From Macrostomum lignano (lineage: Eukaryota), in the NCBI GenBank assembly GCA_002269645.1, contig NIVC01004773.1:1-35322 (forward strand): DNA of 35,322 nt. The letters are read 5' to 3'. Position 1 is the first letter of the stretch. Each line of letters begins with the position of its first letter. Of this stretch, positions 24,484 to 35,322 are shown in pieces. The position numbers and the translations under genes are program-made. Under the pieces are notes generated by a model, which saw nothing but the letters and a program-made list of their open reading frames with translations, was not told the origin of the DNA and did not search any database.

Positions 24484-25620
24484 CAGTGGCGGATCTAGGA
24501 ATTCTGTTTAGGGGGAGGCAGACTATCAGGGAGATGCCAATGATAATCACAGATAAGGGTGCCAAGGCCGCCAGAAAGTGCAAATAAGCCTATTAGAGTT
24601 ATACATGCTAGCATCTAAATGATCTAACCTAACCTAAGGTCTAATGTTACAATCCCAGGAGTCTAAGCAACAGGCATTTTTTTGAAATCCAAACAACCTA
24701 AATGAGAGCTTTCTATAAAACAGTGTACACTGTAATTTTTCAAGTGTACACTGTAGCATAGAATTGAATATCTTATTGTAATGTATATTTTGCATTTTAT
24801 ACTTACAAAAACATGATTTTTATGACAGACAGGAATTTAGAAAATTTTAGGTAAAGTGAAACAAATAAAGAATTAAGTGCAGAGCTCATAAATTTAGACA
24901 AATCCTAAGAGACAATTTTGAATAGCTTCTAGCAACCCCTAACTATCTATCCAAGGTCTATCCAAGTATGTCCTCTGGTTGCTTAATGGATCAACCAGGG
25001 AAGAAAGAAAGAAAAAAAAGCAATTCAGCGCACATGGAAAAGCATTGGAGCAACAGAGAGAAACTGAGAGTCAGAGTCAATTACAGTTACAGAGTCACAT
25101 GGGGGCAAAATTTACACTGCAAAATCCATGTAGGAGTAACTCATGCAAAATTGATTGATGACCCAATCTGGATCGACTGCAACGTCGGAATGGATATATA
25201 GCAAAACCAAGCCAACTAGCCTTGATTGGTCCATTGTGGCTCACAGGTATGTCTTCAGCAAGTGAAGGCTGGAGAATGATCTCTTCATGGTGGCAGTCGT
25301 GATTGGCAGTGTTGCAGCAATTTTCAGCAGTGCAAAAATGTTTGGAAAGAAATTTGCATTGCAGTTGGCCAGGGCACTGATTGCCATGTCTGTCTTTGGG
25401 CTTGATTTTTGGCCTTTCCCCAGGTTCCTCCAACAGTTGAACTCACCAGCAACAATGTTGCTGCCTTCCAAATAGCTGCCAAACTGCTCAACAATGGGCT
25501 TCAAATCTTCAAAATTGTATAGCTGGATGTACTTTGGAAGCAGACACGTCAGTCGTAGAAGCATGGAATTCTGTTTATTGAAGTGGCAGTTGAACTAAGC
25601 TAGGACCTACTGCAGAAATG
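24484..25620 (-). mobile_element. Truncated hAT element (ZMYM/Tip100-like): one TIR plus transposase 3' end
   Basis: TIR-like CAGTGGCGGATCTAGG at 24484. The matching TIR was not found in the window. Confidence 0.7.
25112..25620 (-). pseudogene. hAT (ZMYM1-like) transposase dimerization domain remnant
   Basis: FFPNIFALLKIAATLPITTATMKRSFSSLHLLKTYL*ATMDQSRLVGLVLLYIH, with in-frame stops. Confidence 0.88.
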
Positions 25621-27476
25621 GACAGTAAGTGCTGAGCTGAAAGTAAGAGTAGATCGCCAACTATTCTCATAGTGTACCTGGCAATATGAGGCCTAAAATT
25701 GTGCTAAAGGAGTAGCCAAGAGTACAGCTTTTTAGGCCATTTTTAGCAAGTTTATAGCAAAACAGCCTACTTAGTAGGTCAATGTACTAAGCAGCATTGA
25801 CTGTGTGGCTTGACTTAAGTAAATCAATATAGATCATGCCTTTGGTGTCCCAAAAAAATGATCTTTGTCTTACCTGAAGATTGAGCAATACAAGCCTTGA
25901 CTAGGTTACCTTCTAGCCTGCACCACTCACATGACTGCTCCTTGGTTTTTGGATCATAATATGTAAGCCAGATAAGTAGTATATTGCTTATATGTTTATG
26001 TTATATGATTTTTTCTTTTAATCGTTAGTGTACTAAGATTATAGGGTGTCCTGCTTTAATGTCTATTTAAGTATTATATCTAAAAGATATATCTAAGATA
26101 TTATGTTATACTTATATATTATATTAGAACACTTGAAGTCATTTTTATTGCTTTTAAACCATTCTTTATACATTTTCCAATCTATTTTCAATGAAGTGGC
26201 CTTTAATTTATTTTCAAATTGAGATTATTTTTATCATTTTAAACCCATATAAAATTTGTATCAAGGTTGTCTGCATAGGTGAATGCAGTAGTATTCACAT
26301 TTATTTGCTCCAGAATTGCTCCTATATATTGGGCTTGGTCAATCTCTAATTCACCAAAAGATATTTCTAAGATGTTTCTAATAGTAAAAAGAAGATTACC
26401 TTAAAACTTTATAGACTTTAGCATTTAAATTTATTGTAAGATACTTATAACCTTGTGGGTATTTTAAAGATAAAAATTTATTTCAGGGGCACTACATTGT
26501 TGCATGCTTTTGTAAATACTTGTAATTATGCTTTATATATAATGACTACTTAACTAGATAGGTAGGAAACTAAATTTCTTAGAAAATGCTTAAAGCATGT
26601 AGCTTTTCATTCAGAAAATTAGGATTCTATATTAATTTTTTTATTCTATATATAACTGTACATTTACTATGCCTGAAAACCATTAACATGGCATAGCTTA
26701 GCTCATTGGTTTTATGAATCTATTTTATCAGCTGATTGTGATAGCTGATTGTGTTAAGCTATGCTCCATTTTTTATTCTTAGGTACAGGAAATATACATA
26801 GAATAATAAATTGACATGTAGAATTCATTTTCTAAAACAAAAAGCTTTATAACTATCAATTGAGCTATAAAAAGGCTAAACATAAAAAGATAAAGATTGG
26901 GTCTGCCTCTGATCAAAACCAATAACAACTTTTTGTGCTGAAAAATGAAAACTTCCTATCTCCGTAATGTATTTTTGGCAAAAGCAGCGTCATAAACATT
27001 ATCTAAGAAATATAGGTTCCCGTCCTACTTTAGTAGTCCTTGATACGTAAACGTTAATTTTACTTCTAGCTACTATTGAGTAGTGTAACACGAGTAGAAA
27101 ATCGTTTTTTATTTTGTTTCTTCAATGTACAGTGTCTGTCAATGTGGAGGGGGAGTAGGTCGTCTGGCTGTACAGGAAAACGGTTGGACAGAAAAATAAA
27201 CCCCACCAACCCTCCCCCCTTTATATTCCGTGCGATTGTCACCTCTCTTACCTCCTCTTTTACGAGCGTATTATTAAAACCCTAGCTGTCGTGGGTTTGC
27301 GGTTTGTTTTAGTTGAAGTTAGAAAGTGGAGCGGAGCAGCTAGGACGAAGTTTATTCAGTCAGGAGCGCGCTTGTTCTATTGTTTGCGTCTGCCACCGTC
27401 GTTTGTTGTCACTTTCTGTGCTTTTACTTTCAGCTGCAAGGCTTTTTAATTTCAAGCAAACTTTTAAGCTTTTTCA

Positions 27477-27599
27477 ATGGCAAAACTAATTGGCACCTTC
27501 CGCGACCTGCCGCACAAGTTGCATCTGTCTAGCGGTGGCCAAGCCAAGGCTAGCGACAAGCAGTTGAAACAGTTCAAAGAATTCTTCGATCTTGGCGAG
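27477..27599 (+). CDS. lgl: Lethal giant larvae (Lgl) homolog, first coding exon
   Basis: ATG ... KQLKQFKEFFDLGE followed by a GTAAG donor, phase 0, joining exon 2. Confidence 0.75.
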
Positions 27600-29074
27600 G
27601 TAAGAATTCTAAGTTTATTTATTCTCTTCCTTTTAATTTTCCAGTTTCTTACAGCCTGCTTCTGTAAAGTTACTTAAAAAAGAAACTGAGGATTGTTTAG
27701 TGAATAGCTAAAATATAATATAACATTTGTCTGTTTTGTGTGTCGGAATGTGTGCATTAAATTTCTATTCAGTAATAGCAATTGTAACGAAGATTGTACT
27801 AAGTAATACTTTTATAACGGTAGATTTGTATGTGCCGTAATTTCTGTATTTGTTTATTATTCATTCCCATAAAGTATCGTGGTGTTAGTGTATTCCTTTC
27901 TATAAAGACTTTCAGTTAAAAAAGTGCAGAATGAACAATTCCATATAATTCGTAGTTACAATAACATTTGCTCAACCAAGCGGACAATACGTTTGGAATT
28001 TTAGTTACATTTTTTGCAATCTAGAGACTAGATATCGCTTTTGCAGACATTCGGACATTGAAAAAAGAATTGTATGAATATTATTAGCTTGCTTAACAAT
28101 TACTTAGTAATACCGTCTACCACGACTAATAGAATTGAAAGCCTACTCTGCCTAATCATCTATAATCCACTCAGACTGGTCATTAATGCCAAACTAAAAT
28201 AGTCGCGGTAATGATGGTGACTAATGCGCTGCTTTGAGGAATGACGCCCCACCCCCTAAAATTTCTCTCGCTGAGTCATGTAGCAGTTTCCCCTCTCGCT
28301 CCTTCGCAAGCTCACACTGAAGCCTAAAGTCTCCCCCTCCACGTCTGGCCTGGTTGAGGTTGCAGGATTTTTGTCCTGCGCTTTTTCCAGGGTTTTCCTC
28401 CGTTCGCGGGCTTCCAGTCCCACCCAATGCTTAGAAGCCCTCTCTTTCTCTGGACACTTTCTTTCTCCTGGCCTGCTCCTTCCCCAGTCCAGTCCCCGAA
28501 ACAACAACCCCCACTCCATGCAAAACAGAGGGAGGGCCAATTGCAATGACACGCCAGGGCTCGCTTGTCCTCTCTATCACAACACCCACCCCTACTCCCA
28601 CCCCCGTCTGCCTTATCTATCCAGGGTTAGTATAGATAGAAGCGCACGCGCCAAGGGTTTGGGTGGCGGTTGAATGAGTGTGCGTCTGTCTGTTTGTGCT
28701 AAAAATAGAATGCTGAATCATTGCTTGGGCTGGGGAGAGCGCACATTGTACGCTGTACAGTGAAGCAGCGAAAGAGAGAAAATTTAGCTTGGGGCCAGAG
28801 GGTGTTCCTAGAGAAAGGGCATTTCTCTGTCGCTACGACGGCATGTTTTGGAACTCATGAACTTAAGCTGTTAATGTTATGCTTTAACTATAAAAATGTT
28901 TACAGCAGAATTTCAACAAAAAAATAACCAATTTTAAGACTATTTTTCCTAATCTTTCCAACTCTTTTAAGGCAAGGCTTTAATGATTTTAAGCTATCGT
29001 GTCCACTTTTCACTATACAGACACTACACAAACATTTACTATCGTCCCTCCTTCACGATGTGCTTATATTTTAG

Positions 29075-29172
29075 CTGTGCAAAATCGGATTTCCGGACAA
29101 TGCGACAACAATTGCTCACGATCCTCAGCTCAACTTGCTGGCCATTGGTACAAAGACTGGAGAAATTCTCAT
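29075..29172 (+). CDS. lgl: Lgl coding exon 2
   Basis: TTTTAG|LCKIGFPDNATTIAHDPQLNLLAIGTKTGEIL|GTAAG, matching Lgl HGFPNQPSALAFDP...AIGT. Confidence 0.88.
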
Positions 29173-29280
29173 GTAAGTTTTTTTGCCTTTGTCTTTGGGC
29201 AGTTTTTAATCTGGTCAATCTAGTATGTTTACTCTGCCGCACTTTTAAGCTACCGTTATTAAAATGTCTAATTCTTTCAG

Positions 29281-29362
29281 TTACGGCGCGCCGGGTCACG
29301 AGTTCTCCGCCTGTCATAAAGACGCTTGCGAGATTAAACAACTACTGTTCCTGCCAGAGGAG
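29281..29362 (+). CDS. lgl: Lgl coding exon 3
   Basis: TTTCAG|YGAPGHEFSACHKDACEIKQLLFLPEE|GTAAG, matching the Lgl YGAPGVEF motif. Confidence 0.9.
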
Positions 29363-29921
29363 GTAAGGGCCTGCTTTATTTCTGCATATCAAAGGAAAAC
29401 ACGGCAGAGTTTTCTCCTTGTTAATGTTATTTATATATTACCCGAGGTCGAAAACTCGGAAGGTTATAGGATTAGTGGGATAACGATGATTTATATCTTT
29501 TGTCGTTATATCAATAGTTGACTTCTTTCCTTTTCCAGCCAGAATGACCGAGGCCGGGGGGAGGTATGCCATTTTTTAAGCCGCAAATATTGACCACGTC
29601 CGGGGCTAAGGCCAAGACGCTCTCCAACTGGGATCAGTAAAATTTATTGCTGCCCCCCTTGGCTTGGCTAATAAAATACCCCCCATTAATATTCATTATT
29701 TCATTATTATGAACGTCCGTTGGGATTTTTTATAATATTATCTCTCTATTAAATCAGCTAGGCTTTCTTAGAGATTTCAATTATAAGTATTAAAAAAGGG
29801 TCTCTAGTCGAGTTAAGCAGAGTTGGTTGCGGTTAGTACGACGTAGCTTAATCAGTAATTTAGCTAGGACCGCTGCATTACTAAATACTAATGAGTTAAA
29901 ACTCTTGCCTCCATCGCTCAG

Positions 29922-30196
29922 GGCCGGCTTGTTAGCCTCACTTCCGACAATCGACTGCACAAATGGGAACTCAATGAGAACACTAGCGGTTCCCATAGCA
30001 ACTGGCGCCTCGAGCACGCCGCCGATCTGCTAGCCGGCCCGGCCGACGGAGCCGATGGACAGACGGCAACAACAATGGGCCTGATTGGCGGGGACAGGCT
30101 CTGCCTAGGCTACGCCAGCGGCTCTGTGCGCCTAGTTGAAGTCAAGGATTGGAAATTTGCCGAGTCTGCCACATCTGGGGAGGCCATCGATAAAGG
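29922..30196 (+). CDS. lgl: Lgl coding exon 4
   Basis: CTCAG|GRLVSLTSDNRLHKWEL...LGYASGSVRLVEV...IDKG|GTGAGT, with phase 2 matching exon 5. Confidence 0.85.
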
Positions 30197-30242
30197 GTGA
30201 GTGCGGCAAATCTGCTTGTTTAAATTGTCTGCCTGTCCAGAT

Positions 30243-30408
30243 CAGGGGTCGGCAAACTGGGGCCCGCGAAGCCTCTGTATCCTTTGAAACTTCCACAAAT
30301 CACAATAGCAATCCCGTCCGCTCAAGGTTTGTCTCTTCTCTTCTAAGACTCTTCTCTCCCGCTAGAATCTATCTGGCCCATTGAGGTAGAAAGGTTGGCC
30401 GGCACATG
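30243..30408. mobile_element. hAT-Charlie-like MITE in Lgl intron 4
   Basis: Left end CAGGGGTCGGCAAAC and a degenerate right end. TSD GTCCAGAT/GTCTAGAT (7/8) fits the NTCTAGAN target consensus. Confidence 0.75.
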
Positions 30409-30448
30409 GTCTAGATTGAGATTCAATTAGTTTATTAACATTTTTTTA

Positions 30449-30856
30449 GTATTGGTTTTGTCAGCCTAACTGGGAGTGGGGCCATCCAAAGTGAGAATCC
30501 TGCCTACGCTGACTGCGAAGGGCCTGGCTGTGTGCAGCCTTAGTCTATGGGCCATAGACTATAAAGGACAAGCAAAGTGATAAAAAGCCATCCAATGTGA
30601 GAATCGATTGGTCTTTTAAAACTTTGCTTCTCCTTTATGGTCTATGGCCCATAGACTAAGGCTGCACGCAGCCAGGCCCTTCGCAGTCAGCGTAGGCAGG
30701 AATCTCACATTGGATGGTTTTTTATCACTTTGCTTGTCCTTTATAGTCTATGGCCCATAGACTAAGGCTGCACGCAGCCAGGCCCTTCGCAGTCGGCGTA
30801 GGCAGGATTCTCACTTTGGGTGGCTTTATTCTGAGTTAGGCTGACAAAACCAATAC
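30449..30856. mobile_element. Foldback-type MITE with about 155-bp inverted arms built of about 105-bp subunits
   Basis: GTATTGGTTTTGTCAGCCTAACT... and its reverse complement, 3-bp TTA flanks on both sides (Harbinger-like), and one extra subunit on the right side. Confidence 0.8.
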
Positions 30857-32708
30857 TTAATAATTCATTTCGGGACCCACCTATGTGATGTTGTTGTCAG
30901 GTACATGCAGTTTGCAAAATCTGTTTTTTGTGTTATCCGGATGCCAAGATTTCATGTTAGCTGCCGCCCCCCCTAAAGAAATCTTACCTGTGGCGTTAAA
31001 TTATTAATTACCTAGGATGCTTCCTGGAATTTCTAGTTTCTAGAATTGTTTTAGGCTAACCTGGAATGCCACATAGCAGCATGGTCCTGCCCAAGAGATT
31101 TAAGTATATCCAAGATTGCAGAGAACCTACTTATTCATAATTCATCAACTATCCAATGGAATGGCTGCACCTGTATCGAAATCCTAAGAATCCCAATAAT
31201 TAAGTTCATGTCATGACACTAAACTTCTGCTTTGACTGTGATTTACTCATATTTATATCGTTAAAAAATTGCTTTACAGTTCGGCTCGGTTATTTTAAAT
31301 GTTTTCATTACAGTAAGCTCTATATTGAACTATATGCATATAATCTACCAGTTTGTGTTTATCTGGCACTCAGCCGGGCTGAGTCTGATCTACTAGCGCG
31401 TTTAATTAAATAATTGCCTGCTTTATATCAAATGCCGTGCAATCTCAATGATCAATTGTTGGTCGGCTTGCTCTAGTTCAATTTTAATTATTGATTGATT
31501 TTTCAAGTTAAGATTGAAATTACTTCACTGTAAATAACAAAAGCAATCGTATCTTTGTCTGCTGCAAGGCCTAATTAAGTAGAAGGATGGGGAACTACGT
31601 TTATAGTGAAAACCTCTGTAAGGTATTTTTACAATAGAACCTGCCTCCTGAGTTTCCAAGAAATGAAGTTTTCCCGTCCTACTTAAATAGTCCTTGGTTT
31701 TGGTCTGGTTTTGTTTTTTTTAGAAATCTCGAAGCCCCGTCCAATTCCTAAGAACGCTGGGAACTCTAATTTCTAGCAGTGAGTCAGCATTGAACTAGAG
31801 ATATGAGACGGATATATATGCATTTGATTTCCAGTTCTTTCTGGCCCAACACTAAGCCCGGGTCGCAAGGTCAAGAGCAACACTTTATTATCAGTGGGCC
31901 ATCGTGGGTGGAAGGGAACGGGTCAAAGCCACAAAGTGTTTATGTTTGCCTATTCTAGCTGGGGCAGTTTACATTGGATGCCTGATTGCGCAACAGTTTA
32001 GAGAAATTCAACGGAAGGTCACGAGGTCTGGGCTTATCTTCCCAACTGCTTAGATCTCTACAGATTTCATTCAGAGGCCTATAGTTTCCCACGGTAGCTT
32101 TTCTCTTTCTCTGTCTCTCTGACTTCCAAGTGTCTTCATTCACTAAACCGGTTCTTGTTTGCTTTCCATAATTTGCTCTTCTATAATCCGCGCCTGACTT
32201 AATTGCGTCATAGCGCTTTAGAGGTTTATTATATAATATTTGCCAACAGTCTCAGGCAACTGCGCCAAAGATAGGGTCCCGATAAAGGGTGCAAGTTTCC
32301 CATCGCCTCGCCGGTCGTGTTTGTTTAACTTGCTTGATGAATAAATGCATACAAGTTATTTTATAGGCGGCCATGAAAGTTGCAGCGCAAATGTAACCAG
32401 ATGCTATTTCCAATCGGCTACAACTGCAATTTGTTCTCGAGTCCAATATTTGCGGTCTTTTTTATTCTTGCCTGCTATTTGCCAAGACTGTTAGTTTACT
32501 CTCATCCCAGTTTCAGGATATTTGCTGGCTTCAACTTTATGACTTAGCATATCAGATTGCCAGTAGCATTCATTCATATTTGCTGCGCTTAACTATATAA
32601 ATTAACCGATGATGCAGTTGATTTTATTACATAAAAATATTATATTCTTTTCTTTCTACTGTACAGTAGTCTAACTCGAATGTATATTCGTATTTGTTTT
32701 ATTCCCAG

Positions 32709-35322
32709 CCTAACCGAAGAGGCCCGCAGCCAGCTGCACGGCTGGGGCTCCGTTGTGTCTATCGAGGCCAGCCCGACCACCGGCAAGCAGATCGCCATCG
32801 GCTTCAGCTCCGGCACAGTGGCCGTGCTGAATAGCTCCGATTGCAGCCTGCACAGTGTGGCTCCCGGCGCCGCCGAGCTGCGCTGCCTGAGCTGGCAAAC
32901 CGACGCCAGCGCCATCTACACCGGCCACTCGGACGGTAGCTACGCCGTTTGGCGGGCCGACGAGCCGGCCGAGGCTAGTCGCCTATTGAAAACTGCCGAC
33001 AATCCGCAGACTGTCTATGGCCCGTTCCCCTGCCTGCCAGTCACGCACCTGGTGCACCGCACCGCTAAACTAGGCAGCATCACCGTGCTAGCCGGCGGCA
33101 TGGCTAAGAACACTCACGCCGATCGGCACACCGTCACTCTGCTTCGCGAGCAGAGCACGTCTGCTTGGACCTGTGCTCGCCAGTTGTCGACTTGGCGCTG
33201 CTGTGCTCGCCAGGCGATGGCAATACTGGCCAGGCTGGCTATGACGAGCCACACACTTTGCTAGTGCTGTGCGAGTCCCAGCTGGTGGCCTTGGACCTGT
33301 ACGGTGCCCAGTGGCCGGAGTTCCGGCTGCCTTATCTTTCGGCAGTTAGTGCCACTGGTGCCCCAATCACGGCCGCTCGAATCTACGGCGCCGAGACTGC
33401 CGGCACAGAGCAGATCCGGGCCGCTTTGTTGGCCGCCGCTTCTAATAGCAGCAGCTCCGGCTATTCAACTCGCGCTTGGCCAATCAACGGCGGCAAAACG
33501 CTGGTGCGCCCAGCCGCCGAGGAGTCGGAGAAGCCACCAGCCACTGAGCCGGCTGCCGCTAATCAGGAGGCCACCACGTCTGCTGGCGGCGACAGCGAAG
33601 CGAAGCAGGCCATCTGGGACCTGCTGGTCACCGGGCACGCGACGGCTCCGTAGCCTTCTGGCAGATTGGCCAAACCGGCTCCGGCACCTCGGCCGCTCTG
33701 CTGTACACTCTCAACACTGCCGACGTGTTCTCCGACGCCCCGGCTGCCGAAGCTGCCGAGCCGACCGACGCCGGTGGATTTCCGCCATTCCGCGCTGTTG
33801 GACAACGCTGGCGACGCTCGGAGATGGTAGACGATCGGTTCGCTGTGACTGTCATAGACCTGGCCAGCGATTGCCTGCTTGTTGGCGGCGCCGCTGGTCA
33901 GGCTACGCTGTGGCGCCTTGCCGCTGCCGGTGCCGCCGCCGCCCCGGTGGAAGTTGACGTGCGCACCGTGAACGCGGACATTGTGTCGCCGGGCAAGGAC
34001 AGCCCCTACGCCTGGGAGGGTCAGGCGCCGTTGCGCGTCCGCGAGGAGCCCTGGCAACCGCCTGCCGGCCGTCTGTTCGAGCCGGCCAGCATTATTTCGG
34101 CCTTCCCGCCTGACCGAATCTGCTCGCTAACGCTGGACGTTGGCCGCGGCCTGGCCGCTGTTGGCACCGGCTTCGGATTGGCGCTTATCGACACCGGCGC
34201 TAATCGCTGCTTGACAACCCACTGCACTCTGGCCGTCGCCAGCCAGACTGGCGCCGCCGCCGCGCTCCGCCGGCCACCCCGGCCAAGGGCAGCGGCTCGG
34301 CTGCCGCCGCTCCATCGCACAGCAGCGCCGGCTCGTCCATCACTAAGAGCCTGCGCCAGAGTTTCCGCCGGCTAAAAAAACTACGCGGCGGCAAGCGTCA
34401 GGAGTACACCGTCACCACCGAGGAGGCCGCTGAGGCCGCCGCCGCCGCCGGGCCGTCAACTTCCGCCGAGACGCAGCCGGAGGCGGCTTCCGAAGAGCCA
34501 GCAGCCGGTACCCCTGCGGAAAAAAAGAAAGAGAAAAAGAGAAGGAAAAGAAAGAGAAGAGAAAAGGACAAGAAAGATAAGAAAGAGAAAAAAGAAGAGA
34601 AAGCCGAGGAAAAGAAAGAGGAAAAGCCGGAGGAGAAGAAAGAGGAGAAGGCCGAAGAGGCTAAGACTGAGTCCAAGACGGCCGAAGCAGAGCCGACGGA
34701 ATCGGCTACTCCAGCAGCCGAGTCAGCGCCCGAAGCCGCCGCTGCGGTCCCAGAGAAGCCGAAGCAGCAGCCGCTAACCACGGAGTTGGCCTCCGAGAGT
34801 CCTGGCCGCATCCGCTGCCTGCTGATTGCCGATGCCCACTGGTAGCCGCCGGTGTCAGCACTCCGGCTCTGTTTGCCGGCGATCGCTCCGGTCGGGTGTA
34901 CGCCTTCCAGGTGAGCGTGACAGACACTGCCGCCGCCACTGGCGAGGCCGCTGCTGCCGCCCCATCCAAGCAGGCCAACCTAGTTAAGGAGCTGCACCTG
35001 CGCCACGGCGCTCCTGTGGTTGCTATGCACGTCACCGGGGAGCAGCAGCAGCTTCTAGTAACCTCCGAACAGCAGGTGAAACTGTTCTCCCTGCCCAGCC
35101 TTCGGCCAAGGTGCAAAGCTAGAATCCTGCCGGCCGAAGCTCCGGCCAAGCTGCGTGCCTGCGGCCTGGCCAGTTCCGACCCGCTCCGGGCAGCAGCCAG
35201 CAGCCGCTGACCGGCCTGGCAGTTGAGGACAGCCTCGGCCGCCTCATGGTGCTGGGCCTGCCCCAGCTGAAGATCCTCGCCCAGCTTGATCGCAACGACG
35301 CCGCTTTTGGAAGCCTCGCCTA
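32709..35322 (+). CDS. lgl: Lgl large exon 5 (WD40 propellers, LLGL domain, polybasic loop), frameshifted in this sequence and incomplete at the window end
   Basis: Motifs HSDGSYAVW, YGPFPC, DRHTV, WPINGG, LLVTGHxDGSVAFW, KSLRQSFRR, KELHLRHGAPVV and SEQQVKLFSLP are Lgl-diagnostic rather than tomosyn. Five frame changes are needed to join them. Confidence 0.88.

Noticed and set aside
32640-35149. Minus-strand ORFs over the Lgl and ENaC exons
   Set aside because: They are antisense shadows of GC-rich coding sequence with no independent motifs.
27477-35322. Tomosyn/STXBP5 assignment
   Set aside because: HSDGSY, YGPFPC, DRH and KSLRQSFRR match Lgl better than tomosyn.

Overview
Eukaryotic (animal) DNA with GC-rich exons in AT-rich, transposon-dense sequence. 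Divergent host genes and codon style suggest an invertebrate, possibly a flatworm (inference only). From 5' to 3': (1) a 29/23-bp minisatellite interrupted by a 5'-truncated RNase H-type LINE; (2) a Penelope-like element (PLE) bounded by (CT)n tracts; (3) a two-exon DEG/ENaC channel gene with a tRNA-derived SINE in its intron; (4) two inverted, near-identical 2594-bp CACTA/EnSpm-like insertions; (5) a nest of hAT and Harbinger-like MITEs and decayed hAT transposases; (6) a lethal giant larvae (Lgl) gene that runs off the window and carries five -1 frameshifts, probably consensus errors. The PLE is the main discovery candidate. It has an upstream ORF that starts with the C-terminal half of an AlkB dioxygenase. 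That ORF joins the RT/GIY-YIG ORF at an in-phase U_UUA_AAC -1 slippery heptamer abutting its stop codon. The GIY-YIG module appears to sit inside the RT C-terminal extension, and a minimal hammerhead ribozyme lies in the 3' region. All homology calls are from motif recognition by eye; no searches were run.
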